Part shown: positions 28,117-37,314 of the stretch, one piece after another
How the letters are laid out: each line of letters opens with the position of its first letter
Position numbering within the stretch: position 1 is the stretch's first letter
The notes under the pieces: generated by a model
What the model was told of the DNA's origin: nothing
The model's input: only the letters and a program-made list of their open reading frames with translations
Database searches by the model: none
Program-made: the position numbers and the translations under genes
Assembly: GCA_046758445.1 (NCBI GenBank)
Contig: JBHIAE010000006.1
Coordinates: 1 to 64,000, forward strand
Length of the DNA stretch: 64,000 bases
DNA from: Candidatus Thorarchaeota archaeon
Lineage (GTDB): Archaea > Asgardarchaeota > Thorarchaeia > Thorarchaeales > Thorarchaeaceae
Reading direction: 5' to 3'

Positions 28117-28478
28117 ATTTGGGACGCAGAGGTTCGCACAGGCGATCCTCCGCATCCGTCGGGCCTTCAAGCCGGACGCACGCAGAAATCGGTTTGCGCA
28201 AGTATTGTTTGCAAGGGGATTCATCCTCTCGGAAGCGAATGTTCCGAGAGTCCAATGCTAGAACTCGTAATAGGGACCGTGTGTTGTGAATGCGAGTTCT
28301 TGTGACGGGGAAGTCGTACGTCCTGCTCATTTACGAAGGCAGCCTACCCCGGGTGGGGTATGCAGGATGTCGAGAGCTCTTACGGCATATGAAGCTTTCT
28401 GGTTCCCGAAATTACGAAACGATACTTCATTGAGCGTTAACGCGGTCAAAAAAGAACCTCTGCGCAGTTCTACCAAAT
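28117..28478 (+). ncRNA. unassigned large structured RNA candidate (about 360 nt)
   Basis: Nested helices 28125-35/28454-64, 28200-10/28417-27, 28226-34/28242-50, 28260-69/28291-300, 28306-11/28403-08, 28319-26/28362-69, 28345-50/28355-60; G-U pairs favour the + strand. Confidence 0.7.
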
Positions 28479-28539
28479 TGCACAGAATCAACTACAGATA
28501 TCGCCCCGAGTCTTAGCTAATTGTGACCTGATTCCCGGT

Positions 28540-29679
28540 TTAGCGTGGGAAGTTGTCCCTCAAGAGTCGCAGATGGTTGTGAACCATCTCCAATTCCTTG
28601 GGGTCGTCTGGAGTCTTTTCAAGGTCTGTCACAAGTGTCTGTAGGAAGTATTCTGGGAAGAAGAGCCGCACTCTGATATCATTGAGAAGGAACAACCACT
28701 TGTCGTATTCTCCCGAAGGACCCTTCCTTCTTCTTTCAGAAACCACTCTGTACTTCTTCAGAGTTTGAACAGCCTGCTTGAGTTCTTTCGGTGGTATTCC
28801 AAGAGTGGCTTCAAGCTCTGATATGTTGACAGGTCTTCTGCGAAGCTCATTGAGAGTGTCATAGCAGTCTGGGTCTGCTAGGATGGAGGCCACTGAAACC
28901 GTGTCTTCAGGCGTCTTCTGCCATTCCGTCAGGAACTCTAGGACTTCGGACTTGTACTCTGCTGCCAGTTCAGGGTCAAGTATGGAGCTTGATGCCTCCA
29001 TGGCCATGAGCGGCGGTGCACGAAAGACCTCAAGGTCCTTTATCATGAAGATACATGTTCGACCAATCTCGTCGACCCACTCTGACTTTACGAGGCCTAG
29101 CTCTTCAAATGGCGCGATTATTGACTCCACACTTACACTGGGTAAACCGGTGACCATCTTCAGCCATTCCTCAAGATCCTCCTTAGAGATGCCGCCTTTC
29201 CAGAGCTTCGGAAACACCGCCCGCGATATCTCGTCAGAGAACAGACGAGCGAGTCGTGACTCGTCTGTCATGCCCGCCAGTCTTATGATTCGCCGATACG
29301 TATTTTCGAGCTCGGTCTGAAACTCAGCATCGGTCATAGAAACAACTGCATTTGTGAGTGGCGAAACAATCGAGGTTATCGCGGCCTCGTAGGCCTTTGG
29401 ATCTTCAGGGGGTCTGAGCAGGAGTGAAACGCAATACTGCTCCTCCTCTCTTACGATGCCAGTATAGTAGGATGCGACGAGGTATTCCTCGCCTCCGATG
29501 CGAACGCTAAGAGACGAGAAACCGGCGGTGGCATCACCCATGGCGTGTGACGTAAAGATCCTCATTATCTCTGTGTTGAGATCCTCTCGGTAGTAGTCAG
29601 CGAAGTCTGCAGGGACTTTCGCTTTGAGGACTGCACCGATCTTGCTATCCCAGTCAATCAAAAGCATTGCTTCTGGCAT
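28540..29679 (-). CDS. uDENN/longin-domain protein with C-terminal wHTH domains (NPRL2-like architecture)
   Basis: N-terminal LLIDWDSKIGAVLKAKVP resembles the uDENN F(H/D)xxxGPxxxxxxP hairpin; two wHTH-like segments. Confidence 0.65.
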   Translation of the reverse strand: MPEAMLLIDWDSKIGAVLKAKVPADFADYYREDLNTEIMRIFTSHAMGDATAGFSSLSVRIGGEEYLVASYYTGIVREEEQYCVSLLLRPPEDPKAYEAAITSIVSPLTNAVVSMTDAEFQTELENTYRRIIRLAGMTDESRLARLFSDEISRAVFPKLWKGGISKEDLEEWLKMVTGLPSVSVESIIAPFEELGLVKSEWVDEIGRTCIFMIKDLEVFRAPPLMAMEASSSILDPELAAEYKSEVLEFLTEWQKTPEDTVSVASILADPDCYDTLNELRRRPVNISELEATLGIPPKELKQAVQTLKKYRVVSERRRKGPSGEYDKWLFLLNDIRVRLFFPEYFLQTLVTDLEKTPDDPKELEMVHNHLRLLRDNFPR

Positions 29680-29808
29680 TCTTTTTCTCTCCGGTCCCAA
29701 ATGTGACTGGTCTACTGGAGCTGGTTGGAGACGTTGACCTGTGGGTGCTAAAAAAGCTTGTCACTAGGCGCTTCGCAAAACAGTCAAAATCGCCCAAAAA
29801 GCGCACTT

Positions 29809-30480
29809 TCAGGTTGAAGTATCCTGGGCTCTGTGCTTCCTTATAAAATCAACAACACGCGTGTACACTTCCGATACTACCTCTTCCAGCTCATTTGTAG
29901 CATCTATAACTGTGAAATTACCCAAATCTTCTGCTGCCATCTCAAGATATGCCTGCCTGACCTTTGCCAATCGATCATGTTTCTCGAATTGTACGTTCAA
30001 ACTGCCTTCACGTGCTGCAGCAATCCTTGCCAGTCCCACCTCTACTGGGACATTGAGCAAGAACACAATGTCCGGTTCTGGAGCGCCGATCTCTTCCCTG
30101 TTTCGCCGTACGATTTCACTCCAATGCAGCCCAGTGCTCGTTGATTGGTAGGCACCGGCGGCAAAGAAGTATCTGTCCATGAGAACTATCTTCCCTGCAG
30201 CAAGTGCTGGCTTAATCCTATTCCGAATATGCCATTCTCTGTCCCGCATGTACAACTCAAGTTCTTCGCTTGGCGTGAGCTCGCCACGCGGTGTACGCTC
30301 CCTTATCTCCTTGCCCCAAGGACTCTCGCTAGTTGGCTCTCTGAGGCGTACTACATCCCTGCCTTCGTCGGCTAGAAGCTCAATGAGTCTATCACAGACC
30401 ACCGTCTTGCCAGCACCATCGATCCCCTCTAGCACAAAGAGGAGACCGCTTCTCCGAGGACTCTCAGATACCAACTTCAC
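29809..30480 (-). CDS. tmk: thymidylate kinase
   Basis: EGIDGAGKT, REP, MDRY..AYQ, PDIVFLLNV. Confidence 0.95.
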   Translation of the reverse strand: MKLVSESPRRSGLLFVLEGIDGAGKTVVCDRLIELLADEGRDVVRLREPTSESPWGKEIRERTPRGELTPSEELELYMRDREWHIRNRIKPALAAGKIVLMDRYFFAAGAYQSTSTGLHWSEIVRRNREEIGAPEPDIVFLLNVPVEVGLARIAAAREGSLNVQFEKHDRLAKVRQAYLEMAAEDLGNFTVIDATNELEEVVSEVYTRVVDFIRKHRAQDTST

Positions 30481-30612
30481 TGTTCTCCTTCTGCGAGAGT
30501 CTAGAAGTTCCCCCTTCATATAGGTAATGGGTCATTCGCTCAGACAAGGATGAGAAACGACTGTGGAAGCATCGGAAAAGAGGTACGAAGAGAATCATAC
30601 AATGTTTATTAG

Positions 30613-30876
30613 GATGGGGCCACTCTGTTCAAACGAGGACCTCAAGGGGAAATCAAACCATCCCAGCGTGGACACGTGAGGCGATAAATCGGAAGGGCAT
30701 CCCCCTCCCATGTAACAAACTGCGATAGCGACTTGCGTCCATTCGGGTGAAGCTTGAGCGTCCCCGAGACGAAACCGCGTTCGTTCGTTCTTTGGGTCCC
30801 CTGTATAGGGGGGCCAAGGTCCCCTTGCAGAGTTCTCATGCCCCCGATTCGTTTAATCACGTGTCCCGGTCCCATC
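30613..30876 (+). ncRNA. unassigned structured RNA candidate (about 240-260 nt), rod with branched apex
   Basis: Helices 30613-21/30868-76, 30670-79/30857-66, 30687-92/30844-49, 30695-700/30838-43, plus apical hairpins; G-U pairs favour the + strand. Confidence 0.65.
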
Positions 30877-30912
30877 AGCTTGGACGGTAAGGCTTATTAC
30901 TTGGCGGAGTCG

Positions 30913-30934
30913 TAGGATAGGTTAACCTATCCTA
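30913..30934. promoter_or_regulatory. perfect 22-bp palindrome TAGGATAGGTTAACCTATCCTA, probable repressor operator
   Basis: Lies between TATA-like CTTATTA (about 30893-30899) and the ATG at 30950; resembles DtxR-type boxes. Confidence 0.7.
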
Positions 30935-30949
30935 GGACGTTGATGATGA

Positions 30950-31474
30950 ATGATGTCCTCGAGAATCCCGTTGTTGCTCGTGTTTCTCTTGGCAGTCATT
31001 CCCAATCATACGGTTGGACTGGTGACTCAGCCTCAGATGCAATTCACAAATGCTTCGAGTAACATCTCACTCGAGATCGACTTCGGCAACGGTACAACTA
31101 CTGAACACGTTGGTCTGACTGGAAACACGGTCCTCAACGTGACAGAGTCTGAGTTTGAAGTTGAGGTCAGTTGGTATGGAAACTTTGCTTTTGTGGAAAG
31201 TATCGCTGGGGTGACGAACGACCAGGGTGAAGGACTCTGGTGGCAGTATTGGGTGAATGATGAGTATGGACCCGTTGCAGCAAACGTATACGAGGTTCAA
31301 GACGGTGATGCAATTATCTGGCGGTACACCAGTTCACAGGTCGAGGGGCACGGAGGACAGAATCCAGACAGGTTTCCACTCTATGACCAATCTACCCTAT
31401 ATGGTGCCGCGATTCTGGCGGCCCTGGGATTTGGATTTCTAGGGATTCTCTACATGACGAGAAGAAAGAGTTGA
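30950..31474 (+). CDS. DUF4430 (transcobalamin C-terminal-like) membrane-anchored binding protein
   Basis: Signal peptide, IDFGNG, FVESIAGV.N, WWQYWVN, AANVYEVQDGD.I.WRY, C-terminal TM. Confidence 0.85.
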   Translation: MMSSRIPLLLVFLLAVIPNHTVGLVTQPQMQFTNASSNISLEIDFGNGTTTEHVGLTGNTVLNVTESEFEVEVSWYGNFAFVESIAGVTNDQGEGLWWQYWVNDEYGPVAANVYEVQDGDAIIWRYTSSQVEGHGGQNPDRFPLYDQSTLYGAAILAALGFGFLGILYMTRRKS

Positions 31475-32235
31475 AGATGACAATGAGAGGACGCTCAATG
31501 GCTGTAGCTTGCCTAATAGGTTGCCTGCTGGCCGCATTAGTGGTCGCATCTCCAGCAGGGTACAATGAGATAGTGGCACCAAAGGAATGGGGAAACACAG
31601 TAATAACTTGGACAGTCCTCGACAGTCCAGATGCGGCGTTCGCTCTCTGGTGGTCAGGAACAGGAGCATGGTTGGCAGACCAAGGAAGTGAGATGACCTT
31701 CAATGTGACAGGCGTGGGGGAAGATATCGAAGGTGTGCTGACGCTGGGAAACATGACATGGTCTGCTAATGACACATTCATCGCAATGGACTTGGCACTC
31801 AGTGTATGGGGACTCACTCCATGGCTGCCAGGTCTTGTGGTGGCAGTTGGAGTAACCAACCTTGATGAGCTAAACGCAACAGCCTACGAAGCTGCAGCGA
31901 GAGTACCTGGAAACTTTCTAAATGGCACAATCACATCATCCTATGAAACGGTGACTGTAAGTGAAGTTGCATATGACTGCCTAGTCTTTGAGTACGAACA
32001 GGACCCACCAGTGTTTGGAGAGCCTCAAATTACGTATCTTGCGTACGACACTGTAACTGGCGTTCTGGTGATGGCAAATACAAGCTTCTCCTTCGGAACT
32101 CCCTACATTCTAACACTTGAACTTGACTCGATTGTGATTCCTATGACTCCAATCAATGGGTTTCAAGTGTGGGTTGTATTAGTCGGTGCAGGGATTGTTA
32201 TGATTGTCGCAGTAATTGCTCTCAGAAGAAGGTAG
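31471..32235 (+). CDS. secreted, C-terminally anchored hypothetical protein
   Basis: Signal peptide, YDTVTGVLV, C-terminal TM followed by RRR. Confidence 0.75.
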   Translation: MKMTMRGRSMAVACLIGCLLAALVVASPAGYNEIVAPKEWGNTVITWTVLDSPDAAFALWWSGTGAWLADQGSEMTFNVTGVGEDIEGVLTLGNMTWSANDTFIAMDLALSVWGLTPWLPGLVVAVGVTNLDELNATAYEAAARVPGNFLNGTITSSYETVTVSEVAYDCLVFEYEQDPPVFGEPQITYLAYDTVTGVLVMANTSFSFGTPYILTLELDSIVIPMTPINGFQVWVVLVGAGIVMIVAVIALRRR

Positions 32236-32253
32236 GACAGACCCTAAGGTGAT

Positions 32254-32850
32254 TTGATGGATACTCATGGAGAGCTAAACATCAACCGTAGTAAGCGGGT
32301 ATCCATCATTGCGATGATGACGGCTCTCGCACTTGTCGGCAATTACACGTTGGTCATGATTCCTAACGTAGAGCTTGGCTCCAGTATTCTTTTCGTGACA
32401 TCCTATATCTTTGGCTTCAGCATCGGTGCGTCTTGCGCTGTAATCATGGCAATTGTCTTCGGCTCGATAAATCCATGGGGAATTCCTATTCCGGAGATCC
32501 TAATCACGCAGATCCTGGGATGGTTGTACATAGTAGCTGCAGGCAGTCTTATGGGAACCAACCAGAAACTAAGCAAGACAACGCATGTGGATGTCTTGCG
32601 ACTGGGTGCAGCAGGGGTCTTCCTGACGCTCTTCTTTGAACTGCTTACGAATTTCGGCTATGCCATAGCGTTTGGCCTTCCTTATTGGGTCACTATTCTT
32701 ACCGGCATCCCATTCACAGTCGTTCATGTTGTTTCAAATGCAATAATCTTTGCAGCAGCAACACCTCGACTGGACAATATCATAAAGACCCAGTTTGAAT
32801 CTTACATTTGGGAAACCAGCGTGGAAGTCGGGCTCTTGAGCGAAGAATAA
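32254..32850 (+). CDS. ECF transporter S component (CbrT-like, cobalamin)
   Basis: AMMTALA (AxxxA), IPNVE, GIPF..HVVSN. Confidence 0.8.
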   Translation: MMDTHGELNINRSKRVSIIAMMTALALVGNYTLVMIPNVELGSSILFVTSYIFGFSIGASCAVIMAIVFGSINPWGIPIPEILITQILGWLYIVAAGSLMGTNQKLSKTTHVDVLRLGAAGVFLTLFFELLTNFGYAIAFGLPYWVTILTGIPFTVVHVVSNAIIFAAATPRLDNIIKTQFESYIWETSVEVGLLSEE

Positions 32851-32890
32851 AAGGACACACTATGTAAAACATCGTGGAGCGTAGATTCGA

Positions 32891-33520
32891 TTGTCATGGA
32901 AGGACGAGTTCATCCAGCTCTCTGAAACCGCGGAAGGCAGAGTTGCCCCAGCCTTCAAACCGCATCATGCAGCAGTGGCGTTGGTTCTCATTGGACGAGA
33001 AGAGCCTCTTGGCAGATACGAACTGAATCAGAACTTGTCCGTGGGCGAGGGCAGTGCGCGAACTCTTCTCAAGCGACTCACTGATGCAGGATACATCTCA
33101 CCCGAAGGAAAACAAGGACAGAGGCTTACATCAAGGGGGCGCACTCTCTTTGAAGCCTTCTCCCGAGACGTTCCACTTGGCCTGTTTTTGGAGGTTCCTG
33201 GCCTCGTTATGTATCAAGAAGCCTTTGCAAACCTAGTCAAGAGTAAGGGTGCTTTCCTACGAGATGGAATCAGACAGCGAGATGAGGCCATAATTCAGGG
33301 GGGCTACGGCAAAGCAGGAGCTACTTCTCTGGTGATGAGGGACGGCCTTCTTGTCATGCCCCCGGACAACTTCCAGCCTCTTCCGGAGTACGAGAAAGAA
33401 ACACTCTTGATCCTTGACAGTCTGAGACCTGAGGAGAATGACGCAATTGTTCTCGGCTCGGCTGACAATCGAAACATGGCACGTGAAGTCTCAATGGCGG
33501 CCGTTATGACTCTCTTCTGA
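32891..33520 (+). CDS. wHTH / DUF4443-type putative regulator
   Basis: LGRYEL..L.VGEGSARTLLKRL, GIRQRDEAI..G..GAT. Confidence 0.8.
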   Translation: MSWKDEFIQLSETAEGRVAPAFKPHHAAVALVLIGREEPLGRYELNQNLSVGEGSARTLLKRLTDAGYISPEGKQGQRLTSRGRTLFEAFSRDVPLGLFLEVPGLVMYQEAFANLVKSKGAFLRDGIRQRDEAIIQGGYGKAGATSLVMRDGLLVMPPDNFQPLPEYEKETLLILDSLRPEENDAIVLGSADNRNMAREVSMAAVMTLF

Positions 33521-33531
33521 GATGAAAACTC

Positions 33532-34359
33532 ATGCAGATGGATTTGTTTGGTAATGTTCCAGAAGTTGTGGTTGACATACACGAAACTTCAGGGAAACGG
33601 CAGAACGCGGTAAAGCATCTTATGTCCATGATGGACAAGGAGAAGATCACCTATACTGTGCAGAAGATTCCCATTGGAGATGTTCTCGGGCCAGAAGGTG
33701 TGGCAATTGAAAGGAAGACTGTTTCAGATCTGGTAAGTACTCTGAAAGGCAGTGCGGCGGGTGTTCCAAGGTTTACGAAACAAATGGAGGCTCTCCTGGA
33801 ATATGAGAGACCTTGCCTTTTGATAGAAGATCTTTTGGCAATTAGAAGAGATCCACTGAAAGGATGCGTGCATATCCCTTTCAAGACGAAACCATCGAAG
33901 GGGAAGCCCTACGTAATCACTATGGAAAGAGTCAGCCACATTCATCCTAATTCCCTGGATGGGTTGATTGAAACCGTGAAAGAGAGCGGAATTGAGATTA
34001 TCGAGGGATTCAATGCCCTGCATTCAGCGGGACTGCTCTTTGGTGTTCTTTTCGGGGACAAGAATGAGAAGAGAGACAAGGAAAAGCGTCTGCCTGTAAT
34101 AAGAACAAGAAAGGGACTGGCATCAGTGGCCGATGAGCAAGAGTTCTTTGTGGCTGGATTCCCAGGCATCAATGTGGTTAGGGCCCGTAGTCTGCTCAAG
34201 AGATTTGGATCCCCGATTGAGGTCGTGACTCGCACTGACGAGTGGACGAAGCAGCCGGGGATTGGACCGAAAACAGTAGAGTCTGCTAAGAAGCTCCTAT
34301 ATTCAGGTTACCAGAGTTTGGATGATGAATCTGAAGAGTCCGAAGAGGATAAGGGCTAG
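33532..34359 (+). CDS. xpf: short XPF/ERCC4 structure-specific nuclease with HhH2
   Basis: VDIHE, GD..ERKTVSDL, PGI..PGIG HhH motifs. Confidence 0.88.
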   Translation: MQMDLFGNVPEVVVDIHETSGKRQNAVKHLMSMMDKEKITYTVQKIPIGDVLGPEGVAIERKTVSDLVSTLKGSAAGVPRFTKQMEALLEYERPCLLIEDLLAIRRDPLKGCVHIPFKTKPSKGKPYVITMERVSHIHPNSLDGLIETVKESGIEIIEGFNALHSAGLLFGVLFGDKNEKRDKEKRLPVIRTRKGLASVADEQEFFVAGFPGINVVRARSLLKRFGSPIEVVTRTDEWTKQPGIGPKTVESAKKLLYSGYQSLDDESEESEEDKG

Positions 34360-34425
34360 CTCGATAATCTTAAAAGACCACACTATTCTATGGCCAGAGA
34401 ATACCTGAAAGAGGGTGACATTCTC

Positions 34426-35514
34426 ATGGGAGATGTTAGAATAGCAATCGCCGGTCTGGGGAATTGTGCATCTGCACTTATTCAGGGAGTACATTACTAT
34501 AAGGATGCAAAGGCAGACGAAGAAATCCCGGGTCTCATGCACGTTGACTTTGGTGGCTACTTCCCCAGGGACTTGAAGTTTGTAGCTGCTTTTGAGGCAA
34601 ACCGCAAGAAGATAGGACTTGATATTTCGGATGCCATTTGGGTGGAACCCAATTGTTGTCGGGAGTTTTATCCAGATGTGCCAAAATCTGGTGTCAAAGT
34701 TCTCCCAGGCCCAGTCTCGGATGGAGTGGCTCCCCACATGAGAGAGTCATTCTTCGCCTACGATGAGAGCGAAATCGAGCCCGTTGACATTGCAGAGGAA
34801 CTCAAGAAGACAAGGGCAGACATGCTAGTCAGTTATCTTCCAGTTGGGAGTGCAGAGAGCTCCAGAATCTATGCTGAGGCTGCCCTTGAGGCTGAAGTAG
34901 GATTCATCAATGCGATACCGGAATTCATTGTTTCTGATCCCGAAGACCCCATTGCGAAAGGGTTCAAGGCCAAGGGCATTCCATGCGCTGGAGATGACGT
35001 CAAGAGCCAACTAGGTGCGACAATTCTGCATAGAGTCCTTGCTCAGCTCTTTGACAAGAGGGGACTCACACTTCAGAACACCTATCAGTTGAACATAGGT
35101 GGAAACACAGATTTTGAGAACATGCAGGTCGAGAATAGACTTCAGTCCAAACGGATAAGCAAGACAGAGGCAGTCACAAGTTGCGTGGAATACGAACTTC
35201 CCACAAAGATAGGACCCAGTGACTACGTGCCTTTCCTTGAGGACAACAAGGTCTGTTACATCAGCATGCGTTCCAAGGCGTTTGGAGATCTTCCCATTGA
35301 CCTAGACCTCAAACTCTCGGTTCAGGATTCACCCAATAGTGCTGGAGTCATCATCGATGTGGCTCGTGCAGTCAAGATTGCACTAGACCGCGGTATCGGC
35401 GGCGAGCTCTCTAGCATCAGCTCCTATTCCTTCAAGCATCCACGTTATCAGATAGACGACTTCGAGGCTAGAAAGCGTGTTGATGAGTTTATAGAAGGAA
35501 AGAGAGAACGCTAG
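34426..35514 (+). CDS. ino1: myo-inositol-1-phosphate synthase
   Basis: GLGNCAS, YLPVGS, GDDVKSQLGATILHR, YQLNIGGNTDF, DSPNSAG. Confidence 0.96.
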   Translation: MGDVRIAIAGLGNCASALIQGVHYYKDAKADEEIPGLMHVDFGGYFPRDLKFVAAFEANRKKIGLDISDAIWVEPNCCREFYPDVPKSGVKVLPGPVSDGVAPHMRESFFAYDESEIEPVDIAEELKKTRADMLVSYLPVGSAESSRIYAEAALEAEVGFINAIPEFIVSDPEDPIAKGFKAKGIPCAGDDVKSQLGATILHRVLAQLFDKRGLTLQNTYQLNIGGNTDFENMQVENRLQSKRISKTEAVTSCVEYELPTKIGPSDYVPFLEDNKVCYISMRSKAFGDLPIDLDLKLSVQDSPNSAGVIIDVARAVKIALDRGIGGELSSISSYSFKHPRYQIDDFEARKRVDEFIEGKRER

Positions 35515-35548
35515 TGGAGATCTCACCCCTCGCAGCGTTAGTTTCAAG

Positions 35549-36691
35549 CTAGAGCTCGGTGAAGCTCGCCACCGTCTTCTCGTCCAGCCGCCTTATGACT
35601 TCGACCAGAAGTCGGACTGCATCCTCTACATCACTGAGATCCAGAATCCCATGATGAGAGTGGATGTGGCGTGTTGGAACTCCTATGAACAACGAAGGCG
35701 CACCCATGCCAGTGATGTGTATGATGCCTGCATCAGTACCACCACCCTTGAGGAACGCAGGTTGATGTCGTACACCTATCTCTTCTGCAATATCCAAAAC
35801 GAATTGTCTGAACTTTGGATTGGGTATCATTGACCCATCACCTGCAGAGATGGACACGCCCTTGCCCATCTTCTGAACATAACCTTCCACACCAGGAACA
35901 TCGCCCGAAACGTCCACATCAAGTGCAAAACCGATGTCTGGCAAGAGCATCTGAGCTGAAGTCCTCGCTCCTCTGAGACCTATCTCCTCTTGGGTCGTGG
36001 ACACAAAGTAGACTATGTTTGGATGTTCCATCTTGTCTTCTGAAATCCTGCGTATGATTTCAAGTCCCATGAATACACCAATCCGGTCATCAAACGCCTT
36101 GGCGGCGGCAAGGGTGACCACGCGGGTTTCCTCCTTTGCATCCTTGTCGTCTTCGTCCTTCCTTTCCTTCCTAGTACGCTTCATGGTTCTGAATAGAGAA
36201 ACTGGAACAGCGGGGTTTCCAACACGAATCCCTAGATCCTTGACCTCCTTCTTTGAACTGGCGCCAATGTCAATGAACATCTTTTCCATCGTCACGACTT
36301 TGCTGCGAGCCTCTGCAGACAATACATGGGGTGGTGGTGCGCTGATAATACCGACTATCTTCTTGTCACTCTTGGACGGCTTGATTAGAACTTCCTGAGC
36401 AAGGAGAACCTGATCCCAGAAGCCACCTAGCTTGTGGAATCGTAGGAAGCCATTCTTGTCAATATCTGTGATGACAAAACCAATCTCATCGATGTGTCCA
36501 GCCAACATTATCTTGGGGCCTTTGTCACCATTCCGGAACACAACGGAACCCATTCGGTCATATAGCACTTCATCGGCATACTTCTTCCCATAGTCACGAG
36601 CGATTTTCTGAGCCTCATGCTCATGTCCGCTTGGGCCAAAAGCATTGCACAGCTCTTTCAGAAGTTTGAGGTCGAGTCGCTTGTCGGTCAT
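35549..36691 (-). CDS. M42 family (TET) aminopeptidase
   Basis: GPSGHE, GHIDEIG, KAFDDR, QEEIGLRGA, GGTDAG, RHIHS. Confidence 0.95.
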   Translation of the reverse strand: MTDKRLDLKLLKELCNAFGPSGHEHEAQKIARDYGKKYADEVLYDRMGSVVFRNGDKGPKIMLAGHIDEIGFVITDIDKNGFLRFHKLGGFWDQVLLAQEVLIKPSKSDKKIVGIISAPPPHVLSAEARSKVVTMEKMFIDIGASSKKEVKDLGIRVGNPAVPVSLFRTMKRTRKERKDEDDKDAKEETRVVTLAAAKAFDDRIGVFMGLEIIRRISEDKMEHPNIVYFVSTTQEEIGLRGARTSAQMLLPDIGFALDVDVSGDVPGVEGYVQKMGKGVSISAGDGSMIPNPKFRQFVLDIAEEIGVRHQPAFLKGGGTDAGIIHITGMGAPSLFIGVPTRHIHSHHGILDLSDVEDAVRLLVEVIRRLDEKTVASFTEL

Positions 36692-36774
36692 GGAATTCAC
36701 ATCGGTCTGACTAGTAAATGATAACGACTGGAGATTCATGTAGTGTGTATAGTCGTTTCGGTCTATGCAGGTGA

Positions 36775-37314
36775 CTACTGAATGCTTGATTTGGCAAGTA
36801 GACGAAAGGCTTCTTCAACGTTTTGCCCTGTCAGAGCACTTGTTTCCAGATATTCCACAAGATGATACGTTTCTTTGAACTGCCTTCCCATCTCCGAGGT
36901 TATGACTCGATCCTGTATTAGGTCGACCTTGTTTGCCAAGAGGATGATGGGAATCCGCTCTCCTAGTGCGTTCTCAGTTTCCTCGATCCACTTTGGTAGC
37001 TCTAGATAGGTGGACTTCCGAGTTGTATCATACACAAGGAGTGCACCCTTCGAGCCTCTATAGTAGCTCCCTCTGATGAAGTCAAAACGCTGTTGTCCTG
37101 CCAAGTCCCAGACCAGCAGCTTCACGACAACATCGCGCCCATTTGAATCAGGAACCCCGACAGTCTTCACGGCAAATTGAGATCCGATTGTCACTATATA
37201 TTGCTCGGAGAACTTCTGCGTCAAGAATCTATTCACGAGAGCCGTCTTTCCGCTACCGCCAGCACCAATCATGACGACTTTTCGCATGAAATCAAACTCT
37301 GACGTTCTAGCCAA
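36775..37314 (-). CDS. Rab-like small GTPase
   Basis: GAGGSGKT, YIVTIG, WDLAGQQRF, SYYRG, NKVD, ETSAL; no C-terminal Cys prenylation motif. Confidence 0.93.
   Translation of the reverse strand: MARTSEFDFMRKVVMIGAGGSGKTALVNRFLTQKFSEQYIVTIGSQFAVKTVGVPDSNGRDVVVKLLVWDLAGQQRFDFIRGSYYRGSKGALLVYDTTRKSTYLELPKWIEETENALGERIPIILLANKVDLIQDRVITSEMGRQFKETYHLVEYLETSALTGQNVEEAFRLLAKSSIQ

Noticed and set aside
28117-28478. Assignment as RNase P RNA or MITE
   Set aside because: No GAGGAAnnUCC/P4 pairing found. G-U-biased internal stems and no evident TSD argue against a MITE. Not excluded without a covariance-model search.
27994-28516. Several 71-77 aa ORFs in the intergenic region
   Set aside because: Mutually overlapping with no recognisable motifs; nested base-pairing explains the region better.
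30613-30876. Assignment as SRP RNA or canonical cobalamin riboswitch
   Set aside because: Lacks the CAGG-GNRA-AGCA helix 8 and the GCCACUG/GGGAAG B12-box motifs.
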